64,000 nucleotides of DNA from Vicinamibacteria bacterium. Its GTDB lineage: Bacteria; Acidobacteriota; Vicinamibacteria; Marinacidobacterales; Marinacidobacteraceae. Of this stretch, positions 9,726 to 18,078 are shown in pieces. The DNA is taken from the NCBI GenBank assembly GCA_963668695.2, contig CAXXLQ010000004.1, positions 1,696,001 to 1,760,000 on the forward strand, given 5' to 3'. Each line of letters begins with the position of its first letter. Positions within the stretch are counted from its first letter, which is position 1. The notes below the pieces were generated by a model, which worked only from the letters and a program-made list of their open reading frames with translations, was not told the origin of the DNA and did no database searches. The position numbers were made by a program, and so were the translations under genes.

Positions 9726-10454
9726 TTACCTTGCGCGCAGGTAGTCGCGGGCGTTCAGCGCCTGGCCCGTGGTAGCGGCCGATTCGGGCGACGCGAGAAC
9801 CACGAAGACTTCGGCGATCTCTTCCGGAGTGGGCAGGGTCAGGGGGTCCTCCGCGGGGTAGGCGGCGGCGCGCATCGGGGTGCGGGTCGCTCCCGGATTG
9901 ACGCTGTTCACCTGGACTCCGGTGTCTTTGAGCTCCGCGGCGAGGGTCTGGGTGAACCCCTCGAGGCCGAACTTGGACACCGCGTAGGGTCCCCAGTTGG
10001 GCTTGCCGATGCGGCCGACCGTCGAGCTGACGTTGATGATCGAGGCGGACTCCCGCTCCAGGAAAGCCGGGAGCAGGGGCTTCGTGACGTAGAGGAGGCT
10101 CGCGGTGTTGATCCGGAGGGTGTCCGCCCAGACCTTCGGGTCCTGCTCGATGATCGGCGCCCGCACTCCCAGGATCGAGGCGTTGTTCACCAGCACCGAG
10201 AGGTCGGGGAAGCGGACGAGCGCCGCGTGCGCCATGGCCTCCGCTGAATCCGCGTCCCCGACGTCGGAGGCAGCGAAGCCGGTTCGTCCGGGGTGCAGAG
10301 CTTCCAGTTCGTCCGCGGTTTCCCGGAGTCGCTCCTCCCCGCGCGCAGTGAGGAACACCCGCGCTCCCTCCTGGAGGAAGATGCGCGCGAGCCCACGCCC
10401 GATCCCGGACGAAGAGCCGGTGATCAGCGCCGCGACGCCTTCGAGCCGTCTCAT
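9726..10454 (-). CDS. SDR oxidoreductase (YciK-like)
   Basis: TGSSSGIG, NNAS, YAVSK, NPGATRTPMRAAAYPAED. Confidence 0.9.
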   Translation of the reverse strand: MRRLEGVAALITGSSSGIGRGLARIFLQEGARVFLTARGEERLRETADELEALHPGRTGFAASDVGDADSAEAMAHAALVRFPDLSVLVNNASILGVRAPIIEQDPKVWADTLRINTASLLYVTKPLLPAFLERESASIINVSSTVGRIGKPNWGPYAVSKFGLEGFTQTLAAELKDTGVQVNSVNPGATRTPMRAAAYPAEDPLTLPTPEEIAEVFVVLASPESAATTGQALNARDYLRAR

Positions 10455-10594
10455 GATTCGTCCCTGGGCGCCTCCGACGCAGTCAGACGCTCCCGTTCGC
10501 GCCGGAGGCCCCGTTCGAGCAGTGTGAGCCGGATCAGGTAGCCCGCGAGCAGCACGAAGAAGGCGATGTAGCCGGCGGCCAGCCAGTCGTTCAT
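10451..10594 (-). CDS. ccmD: Heme exporter protein CcmD
   Basis: 47 aa MNDWLAAGYIAFFVLLAGYLIRL...: one TM helix plus charged tail, ATGA-coupled to ccmC. Confidence 0.72.
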   Translation of the reverse strand: MNDWLAAGYIAFFVLLAGYLIRLTLLERGLRRERERLTASEAPRDES

Positions 10595-11289
10595 GAGGCC
10601 TCCGCGAGACGGCGCTGGCGGAGCGCCTCGACGGAACGGGCCTCGCGCTCGAGATCCATCCGCCAGCCGAAGAGCCACCAGAAGAGCAGCGTGAAGGCGG
10701 CGAGACAGATGAGGAGCGCGATCCACATGTCAGGATGCAGACCCGAGTCCGGGCCCCCCATGATCACCGGCGCCGGATGCTGGGTGCGCCACCAGCGGAT
10801 CGAGAAGTACACGATGGGGACGTCGGCGCCGCCCAGGATTCCAAGCACCGCCGCCAGGTTGGCGCGCCGCGTCGGGTCGTCCACGTAGCTGCGGAGCAGG
10901 AGATAGCCGAGGTAGATCAGCCAGAGGACGAATGCGGTGGTGAGCCGGGCGTCCCAGGTCCACCAGATCCCCCACGCCGGCTTTGCCCAGATGGTTCCCA
11001 TCGCGAGTCCGGCGGTGGTGAAGAGCGTCCCGATCTCGGCTGCGGCGAGCGCCGCGATGTCGTAGCGCGGATTCCGGGTGCGCAGCCAGCCGATGCTCGC
11101 TCCGGCCACCAGCAGGAAGGCGGCGAACGCCAGCCACCACGACGCCAGGTGGAAGTAGAAGATCCGCTGCAGGTTGCCCATCGTGAGTTCGGTGGGCGCG
11201 TAGAAGAAGACCGCCCAGAGGGCGACGACCAGCGCTACTCCGGCAGCGGCGGCCCGCCAGCCGTGTCGCCGAGACGCGCTGCGAGGCAT
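10591..11289 (-). CDS. ccmC: Cytochrome c biogenesis heme export protein CcmC
   Basis: RIFYFH, GTIWAKPAWGIWWTWDARLT (WWD motif), WWRTQHP. Confidence 0.93.
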   Translation of the reverse strand: MPRSASRRHGWRAAAAGVALVVALWAVFFYAPTELTMGNLQRIFYFHLASWWLAFAAFLLVAGASIGWLRTRNPRYDIAALAAAEIGTLFTTAGLAMGTIWAKPAWGIWWTWDARLTTAFVLWLIYLGYLLLRSYVDDPTRRANLAAVLGILGGADVPIVYFSIRWWRTQHPAPVIMGGPDSGLHPDMWIALLICLAAFTLLFWWLFGWRMDLEREARSVEALRQRRLAEAS

Positions 11290-11393
11290 GGTCTGGCTGG
11301 GTTCGGCGGTGCTTTCGGCGGGGTTTTTGGCAGCGCTCCGGCGCTCTATCCAGCGCGGGAAGCGGCGCGATGCGCCATGACTATACTCGGGCC

Positions 11394-12233
11394 ATGCGCC
11401 TCAATCTCCGCTCTTCCCGTCCTCTTGCGCTCGCTCTGGGCGCGCTTCTTGCCGGCGGTGCGCTTGCCGCCGGCCAGCTCCTCCCGGGGTCCGATGACAC
11501 CGCCCGCGACCGGCTGAACACGTCGGCCCGGCACGGCGAGTGGGTCTCGGTGCCCGCTCCCGGCGGGGATACGGTCGAGTCCTGGATCGTCTATCCGGAG
11601 CGGTCGGACACCGCGCCGGTGGTGGTGGTTATCCACGAGATCTACGGCCTCACCGACTGGATCCGGGGGGTTGCCGACGAGTTCGCCGCGCAGGGGTTCA
11701 TCGCGGTCGCTCCCGACATGCTGACCGGGAAGGGCCCGGACGGCGGCAGGACGGATTCGGTGGACCGGGACGGCGCGGTGGCGCTGGTCCGGGGGCTCGA
11801 CGCCGATGAGGTGCACACCCGGCTGAAAGCGGTCGCGGACTGGGCGACCGCGCTTCCTGCGGCCGAAGACGCGTACGGCGTGGTCGGCTTCTGCTGGGGC
11901 GGGCGCACCAGCTTCAGCTTCGCCACTTACGATCCGGAACTCGGCGCCGCCGTCGTGTACTACGGCACCTCACCGGATAACGAGGCGCTCGCTGCGGTCG
12001 AGGCGCCGGTACTCGGCCTCTACGGCGGCGACGACGCCCGGGTGAACGAGACGATTCCGCCGGCGCAGGCGCGGATGGAGGAACTCGGCAAGGTCTTCCA
12101 GGTGGAGATCTTCGACGGCGCGGGACACGGGTTCCTGCGGGCGCAGGAAGGCCGCGAGGGACGGAACCTGGCGGCCTCCTCCCAGGCGTGGCCGCTCACG
12201 GTTCGTTTCTTCCGGGAACATCTGGGTTCCTGA
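11394..12233 (+). CDS. Dienelactone hydrolase family protein, secreted
   Basis: IHEIYGL, GFCWGG, GAGHGF; signal peptide. Confidence 0.92.
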   Translation: MRLNLRSSRPLALALGALLAGGALAAGQLLPGSDDTARDRLNTSARHGEWVSVPAPGGDTVESWIVYPERSDTAPVVVVIHEIYGLTDWIRGVADEFAAQGFIAVAPDMLTGKGPDGGRTDSVDRDGAVALVRGLDADEVHTRLKAVADWATALPAAEDAYGVVGFCWGGRTSFSFATYDPELGAAVVYYGTSPDNEALAAVEAPVLGLYGGDDARVNETIPPAQARMEELGKVFQVEIFDGAGHGFLRAQEGREGRNLAASSQAWPLTVRFFREHLGS

Positions 12234-12265
12234 GTTCCTGAACGGGGTTACCAAGGAGGGTTTCG

Positions 12266-12763
12266 ATGCCTGTTGCGCGACTGCTGTCTGCGGCCCTGGT
12301 GTTCAGCCTTGCTGCCGCCGGGCCCGCCCGTGCCCAGGAGGTCGAGGCGTTGAGCTTCGTGCTGATCGGCAAGCGGGACTACACGACGATCCAGCATCCG
12401 GGCAAGACGGTGATCGCGGGATCGCTCCACGGAGTCATGAGGGTCACCGACGCCCCGGAGGGCAACGCCCTCGCCCCGGGGGCCACCCTGCACGGGACCT
12501 GCGCCATCTTCATTTCGCGGTCGGAAGCCGAACTGGATATCCACAGCGAGTGCACCTTCGAGGACGGCGATAGAGACGAGGTGTACACGACCGCGTGGCG
12601 TCAGGAAGGCGACGCCGCCGGCGGGGGCGGCGGTGACGGTGGCTTCGAGTTTGCCGGCGGCACCGGGAAGTACGACGGCATGCAGTCGCAGGGTCAGTGC
12701 CCCTATACGGTGAACTACCTGGAGGACGATGACGTCGTCATCGTCTCCGACTGCGTGCGGTAG
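12266..12763 (+). CDS. Secreted hypothetical beta-rich protein
   Basis: AAGGAGG SD upstream, signal peptide ending ARA, GGTGKYDG motif, four Cys. Confidence 0.7.
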   Translation: MPVARLLSAALVFSLAAAGPARAQEVEALSFVLIGKRDYTTIQHPGKTVIAGSLHGVMRVTDAPEGNALAPGATLHGTCAIFISRSEAELDIHSECTFEDGDRDEVYTTAWRQEGDAAGGGGGDGGFEFAGGTGKYDGMQSQGQCPYTVNYLEDDDVVIVSDCVR

Positions 12764-13009
12764 GGACGACGATCTGCCGATCTTCGGCCGCTACCTGCAC
12801 TGCCCTGTCCGGGAGCCGGGCCACGCAGGTGTCCGGATTTCTCCTGGTCTTGACGTTGGTTTCGTTCGGATTGGCTTGGTTTGGCGTTCTGCGCAGGGGC
12901 TGAATAGAGTTCGGTTCCGGTCGATGAGAACGTCCGAAGGGTAGACAACCTGGAACCGGTCAAGAACAACGGTCGAGCGTCGGACGGCATTCCGCCCGAT
13001 GGGCTCCGG

Positions 13010-14419
13010 ATGGCGCCGGAACGCATGCTGGAACTGGCCCGCCACGCGGCCGAGCTGCTCGTGGAACGCTTCGAGAACCTGCCGCAGACGGAGGCGTGGG
13101 ACGGAGATTTCCGGACCGCCCTCGCCGACCGGCTGGTGGAGGAACCCCCGGAGGAAGGACGGGCGGCGGAAGAGGTCATCGACCGGGCGGCGCGCGAGAT
13201 CCTGCCGTTCGCGACCCGGCTCGATCATCCCCGCTCCTTTGCCTTCGTGCCGTCTTCGCCCACCTGGCCCGGGGTGCTCGCCGATTTCTTGGCGTCCGGG
13301 TACCACATCAATGCCTGCACCTGGCTGGTGGCGAGCGGCCCGGGCCAGCTCGAACTGGTCGTCATCGACTGGTTCCGGCAGTGGGTCGGCTACCCCGAGG
13401 GAGCCGGCGGCCTCTTCACGAGCGGGGGTTCGGCGGCCACCCTGAACGCGTTCGTGGCGGCGCGGGAAGCGGCGGGCAATCCCGAGCGCGGCGTGGTGTA
13501 CCTGAGCAACCAGAGCCACAGCGTGCTCGACCGCGCCGCCATGATCATCGGGATTCCCCGAGACCGGGTTCGGCGGCTTCCGGCCGACGGACGCACCGGC
13601 CTCGACCTCGACGCCCTGCGCCAGGCTGTCCGCGAGGACCGCGCCGCCGGGCTTCACCCTCTGGTGGTGTGCGCGAACGCCGGGGCGGCCAGTACCGGAA
13701 CCATCGATTCCCTTCCCGAGATCGCCGATTTCTGCGCCGCGGAAGAAATCTGGATGCACGTGGACGCCGCCTACGGCGGCTTCGCCGCGGTGACCGAACG
13801 AGGGAAGGCTCTGCTACGCGGAATGGAACGCGCCGATTCCATCGGGCTGGACGCGCACAAGTGGTTCTTCCAGCCGTACGAGGCGGGATGTCTGCTGGTG
13901 AAGGACGCCCGCACTCTGGAGACCCCGTTCGGGCTTCACCACGACGTGCTCCAGGACACCCTCTGGGGGAAGAACCACCCGAATTTCGCCGACCGCGGGC
14001 TGCAGCTCAGCCGCTCGTTCCGCGCGCTCAAGGTCTGGATGACGATCCAGACCTTCGGGATGGCGGCGCTCCGGAAGGCGATCGCGGGCGGGATGGAGTT
14101 GGCCGCGAGAGCCGACGACCATGTTCGCGAGAGCTCGGATCTCGAGCTGCTGAACCCCGCTTCGCTCGGGATTCTCTGTTTCCGGGCTCGCCCTCGCGGT
14201 GCGCCGGACGACGAAGATTCACTCCAGGCGATCAACCGGAAAGTGCTCGCCCGGGTGTTCTGGGGCGGCGAAGCGATGCTTTCGTCCACGCAGGTCCGCG
14301 AGACGTTCTCGCTCCGGCTCTGCATCATCAACCACACGACGACCTGGGACGACGTCCGTGGGACGCTCGAATCGGTGGCGCGGTTCGGAAGGGAGGTCGC
14401 GGCAGAGACGGAGTCCTGA
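13010..14419 (+). CDS. Group II PLP-dependent decarboxylase (aromatic L-amino acid/glutamate decarboxylase family)
   Basis: DHPRSFAFV, TSGGSAA, HVDAAYGG, DAHKWFFQPY, LSRSFRALK. Confidence 0.92.
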   Translation: MAPERMLELARHAAELLVERFENLPQTEAWDGDFRTALADRLVEEPPEEGRAAEEVIDRAAREILPFATRLDHPRSFAFVPSSPTWPGVLADFLASGYHINACTWLVASGPGQLELVVIDWFRQWVGYPEGAGGLFTSGGSAATLNAFVAAREAAGNPERGVVYLSNQSHSVLDRAAMIIGIPRDRVRRLPADGRTGLDLDALRQAVREDRAAGLHPLVVCANAGAASTGTIDSLPEIADFCAAEEIWMHVDAAYGGFAAVTERGKALLRGMERADSIGLDAHKWFFQPYEAGCLLVKDARTLETPFGLHHDVLQDTLWGKNHPNFADRGLQLSRSFRALKVWMTIQTFGMAALRKAIAGGMELAARADDHVRESSDLELLNPASLGILCFRARPRGAPDDEDSLQAINRKVLARVFWGGEAMLSSTQVRETFSLRLCIINHTTTWDDVRGTLESVARFGREVAAETES

Positions 14420-14487
14420 GAGTGCGCTCTCCAGATGGATCGCCGCCCGCAGGGCAGCCGAGGCAGGGCAGCCGAGAACGAGCGCCG

Positions 14488-15906
14488 TCAGCGGACCAGC
14501 GTGAACGCCTTCTGGGTCTCGTAGACCTGATCGCCGTAGAGGACCCGGATCCCGAGCTCGTAGCGCCCCGGAGCAAAGCCGCGTAGCTCGATCTCCGCAT
14601 TCGCGGCCGCCTGGCGGGTGCTGGTCGGCAGCGCCTCCGGACGGACGAAACCGGTGTCGCGCCCTTCCCGGCTCAGGGTGTACTCGGCCACGATCTCGGG
14701 CAGCTCTCCGTCGTCAATGCGTTCGCCCGGATAGAAGAAATAGAAGGCGCCGAGCGTCTCCTCCTGACGGAACACTCCGGTCGAGCGGGGTTTGAAGTGC
14801 GTGCGGCCGAACTGGAAGGCGCGTCCCGGGGCCGTGCCGCTGTACTGCTGGGTGGTGGTGTCGCTGTAGAGGACCACCGAAGAGAACCCGGGCTCGGTCT
14901 CGGGGAAGACCGGCGCCTCGATCTCCACCTGTGCGGCGCCGTAGGCGTCGGACTGCTCGTCCACCACGCCGACGAGCAGGCGATGGGCCCCGGGCGGCAG
15001 CACCAGGGACGCCTCGAACCGAGCGGGACCGTCCGCTGCCTGGATCGAGGTATGCGCGGTTTGGAGCCGGTAGGTCGCGGCCCCGGGACCTTCTTGCTGG
15101 GCGGATGCGGTCCTCGCGAAGACGGAGGCCGCCAGTTGGCCATCGGTCCCCGGAGCGAGCGCGCCGGCGGGCGTTTCGAAGAGCAGGGCCACGTACGTCG
15201 CCCGATCGCCTCTCCGGAAATAGGCGGGGGTCACCCGGAACGAAAAGGTGCTCTCGGCCGCAGCGCCGGCCTCCAGGCCCGCGAGGACCTGGCGGGCGCG
15301 TTCGGAGCCCCCGGTGGGGAGGTTCGGAATGACCAACCGGTTAGCTTCATCGCGTTCGAAGCCGATCTCGGGGCGGGCGATCAGACGCCGGCGCATCTCT
15401 TCGAGGTTCTCGTCCACGACGGTGCGGTTCTCAAGAAAGAGCTGGCCTTCCTCGTCGCGGTAGTAGAGGGCTGCGAGCGTGTCCGCGAGGCCGTGTTCCG
15501 GGTCGGGCGGGAACACCCAAAGGAGGCCTTCCGGGGTTTTGTCGGTGGCCGGCTGGAGCAAGGCCTGCACCGGCATGCCGAGCAGCACGAACACCCGCGC
15601 CCGGTCGCCCCCGCCGTAGCCGCCGTCCTCCGAGAAGCTCGAGTCGGCGAGGCGCACCCGCGCCAGATAGAGGTTGAGGGTCTCGTTCTGCGGCGTGGAC
15701 GGGTCCGGATCGCGCCGCATCCAGAAGAGACGCCGGAAGGCCTCGCGGTCCCCGTAGGTCATCGCCTGGATGGACGCGCGCCGCTCTTCCTGGGTCATCA
15801 GGAAGGATTCCACCCAGCCGAGTTCGGTGACCGTGGGCCGGCCTCCCTGCGCGAGCGCGGCCGCCGGGACGGTCAGCAGCAGGGCGATCAGAAGGACGAG
15901 GGGCAC
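14488..15906 (-). CDS. GWxTD domain-containing secreted protein
   Basis: FWMRRDPDPSTPQNE...RVRLADSSF...DRARVFVLLGMP; signal peptide. Confidence 0.8.
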   Translation of the reverse strand: MPLVLLIALLLTVPAAALAQGGRPTVTELGWVESFLMTQEERRASIQAMTYGDREAFRRLFWMRRDPDPSTPQNETLNLYLARVRLADSSFSEDGGYGGGDRARVFVLLGMPVQALLQPATDKTPEGLLWVFPPDPEHGLADTLAALYYRDEEGQLFLENRTVVDENLEEMRRRLIARPEIGFERDEANRLVIPNLPTGGSERARQVLAGLEAGAAAESTFSFRVTPAYFRRGDRATYVALLFETPAGALAPGTDGQLAASVFARTASAQQEGPGAATYRLQTAHTSIQAADGPARFEASLVLPPGAHRLLVGVVDEQSDAYGAAQVEIEAPVFPETEPGFSSVVLYSDTTTQQYSGTAPGRAFQFGRTHFKPRSTGVFRQEETLGAFYFFYPGERIDDGELPEIVAEYTLSREGRDTGFVRPEALPTSTRQAAANAEIELRGFAPGRYELGIRVLYGDQVYETQKAFTLVR

Positions 15907-15915
15907 AGAGGAAAC

Positions 15916-16120
15916 CTAGCAGCCTGTGAACAAGGTCGCGCGGCGTTCGAGCGGCGATTCATCCCGGCTGAAACGCGCCGCTTCGCGTCGCTCATCGTTG
16001 CGCTTCGGTCGAAATACGCTCGGGCCAGTTCTCCCGGTGGGGGCTCCTCCCTCGCGCGCCTTGTCAGCCGGGCGCCTCGCCACTCTCGGCGCTCACGCCA
16101 CTTTGCCCACAGGCTGCTAG
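15916..16120. mobile_element. Non-autonomous MITE with terminal inverted repeats and CTAG at both ends
   Basis: CTAGCAGCCTGTG...CACAGGCTGCTAG; internal sequence shared with 33710-33932 and 1461-1630. Confidence 0.85.
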
Positions 16121-16205
16121 CGCGGGGAGGGGGCGTGATCCGGCCCCACGCAGGCAGGAAGCGGGGCGCTGGCAAACCGACGGTCCATCCGGTCAGCGCG
16201 CGGAT

Positions 16206-16246
16206 GACATCCTGATGTTCAATCTATGTGATGCTATGATGCTCCA
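16206..16246 (+). promoter_or_regulatory. Probable vapBC promoter/operator
   Basis: Extended -10 TGCTATGAT at 16232-16240, 6 nt before the GTG (possibly leaderless); repeated TGATG(C/T) boxes and the short inverted repeat ACATC-CT-GATGT. Confidence 0.55.
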
Positions 16247-16528
16247 GTGATGCGAACCACCCTGACCCTCGATGAGGACACGGGCCGAGCCCTGCGGGAA
16301 GCGGCCCGGAACAGCGGGAGATCCTTCAAAGCCGTCGTGAATGAGGTGCTCCGGCGCGGTCTTGCGGTCGGGGAAAAACCGGTGGGGTCGCGGGAGCCGT
16401 TCCGGGTCATTTCTGCGCGGCGGGGATTCGTCCCTGGGGTGGACCCGCTCAAGCTGAACCAGCTCGTGGATGAATTGGAGGTGGATCGGTTTCTCCGGCG
16501 AAACCGCGGGGAGACGTCCGGTTCGTGA
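16247..16528 (+). CDS. vapB: VapB-type RHH antitoxin
   Basis: MRTTLTLDED...SFKAVVNEVLRRGL; overlaps the PIN toxin. Confidence 0.88.
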   Translation: MMRTTLTLDEDTGRALREAARNSGRSFKAVVNEVLRRGLAVGEKPVGSREPFRVISARRGFVPGVDPLKLNQLVDELEVDRFLRRNRGETSGS

Positions 16529-16953
16529 TCGTCCCCGACATCAATCTGCTGGTCTACGCGTACAACGAGGACGCCCCGTTTCACGACGCGGCGAAAGCCT
16601 GGTGGGAGCGGTGTCTGTCAGGAAATGAGCCGGTCGGTCTTCCTTGGATCGTGATCGTGGGCTTTGCCCGGGTGATGTCGAACCGGAGAGTGCTGGTGGC
16701 CCCGATGGCAGTCGAGGAGACGATGGAGCACTGTAGGGCTTGGCTTCGGCAACCCAACGTGCAGATTCTGAATCCCGGTCCGTCCCACCTGGACGTGCTT
16801 TCCAGCCTGGTGCACGGACCGGCGATCGGCTCCTCGCTCGTTACCGATGCTCATCTCGCGGCGCTCGCCATCGAACACCAGGCGGAATTGCATTCGAATG
16901 ATGCGGACTTCGCGCGTTTTTCGGGATTGCGCTGGCGGAACCCGGTCGCCTGA
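16525..16953 (+). CDS. vapC: VapC PIN-domain toxin
   Basis: PDINLLVYA, DAHLAALAIEH, SNDADFARFSGLRWRNP. Confidence 0.93.
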   Translation: MIVPDINLLVYAYNEDAPFHDAAKAWWERCLSGNEPVGLPWIVIVGFARVMSNRRVLVAPMAVEETMEHCRAWLRQPNVQILNPGPSHLDVLSSLVHGPAIGSSLVTDAHLAALAIEHQAELHSNDADFARFSGLRWRNPVA

Positions 16954-17320
16954 CTGGCGCCGGGCTGGCGGGACTCAGTCCAGTGACTTTCATCGGGTTG
17001 ATCTTGCCGTGGCCCGGAAGTCGGACTACGCCCTGCTTGACGAGGACGTCAACGCTTCGTTCGGGGAGTGCAAGGACCGCGAGGACGGGTTGGGACTCAT
17101 CCCAGCGGGCGTCGACGCGGAAGCGTTGGTGGGCCGACGCGATGTCCGCGGCAGCTCCCGACGTCGGTTCACCGCGCTTGCACCGGATAGCGGCGTCGGT
17201 CGAACGGCGCCAGGCCGTCGGCCGGGGAATTCGCCGAGACTGAGGTGGCCCCGGTTACGTAGACGCGTTGGCCCGCGTACCCGATAACCTTTCCATCGCC
17301 TCCAGAGGTGGCTCTTTGCC

Positions 17321-17998
17321 ATGCTGACGTTCTCGGAAGAAGTGTTGCTACTCCTGCTCGATGAGGACGAGGGCATTTTTCTTTCCGTCGGCAAGAACAC
17401 CCTCGAACTTGCGATGGCGGGCGCCGCGATGCTGGAGCTTGCGTTCGCCCGTCGCATCGAAACCGATCTGCAGCGCCTCATGATTCAGGATCGGGCGCCG
17501 ACCGGCGATCCGTTGCTCGACGATGTGCTGGAGCTGATGGCGGATCGCCGTGAGATCGACCAGACCCGGCAGTGGATCGAGATCCTTGCCGCTGAGAAAA
17601 CGGCCTCGATCCAGGAACATGCGCTCGCCAAACTGGTCGAGCGCGGGATTCTGAGACGCGAGGAGAGGCGGCTGTTTCAGGAGACGATCAAGCACCTCTG
17701 GATCTTCCGCTCGCCGCGGTACTTCCTCGTCGATCGGAAGGCGCGCTACAACGCCAGGACGCGGTTTGCGGACGTCCTGATGGAGGGCGAGATTCCGGAT
17801 CCCCGAGATGTCGCGTTGATCTGTCTCGCGGACGCCTGCGGGGTCCTGCACGCGCATTTCGGGGGAGACCTGGAGCGGGTCGCAGCACGGCTGCAGTTGA
17901 TCCGCCGGATGGACCTGATCGGTCGGGAGATCGCGAACGCGATCAGGGCCATTGACCCCTCGGTCATCCAGTCGATGGCTCACCCGCTCGCCCGATGA
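17321..17998 (+). CDS. GPP34 / GOLPH3-Vps74 family protein
   Basis: MLTFSEEVLLLLLDE, LAMAGAAMLEL, PTGDPLLDDVL, LVERGIL, PDPRDVALICLADAC. Confidence 0.85.
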   Translation: MLTFSEEVLLLLLDEDEGIFLSVGKNTLELAMAGAAMLELAFARRIETDLQRLMIQDRAPTGDPLLDDVLELMADRREIDQTRQWIEILAAEKTASIQEHALAKLVERGILRREERRLFQETIKHLWIFRSPRYFLVDRKARYNARTRFADVLMEGEIPDPRDVALICLADACGVLHAHFGGDLERVAARLQLIRRMDLIGREIANAIRAIDPSVIQSMAHPLAR

Positions 17999-18078
17999 TC
18001 CCGACCTCGGGGCCGGCGCCCCGGGCCAAGGGCGGCACGGCTGTCCCCTCGACGGCGCCACGCGGGTAGGAGCCAGCC

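Noticed and set aside
16960-17250. Protein-like minus-strand stretch (WDESQPVLAVLALPERSVDVLVKQG)
   Set aside because: No clear start and no recognisable family; may be a remnant but cannot be supported.
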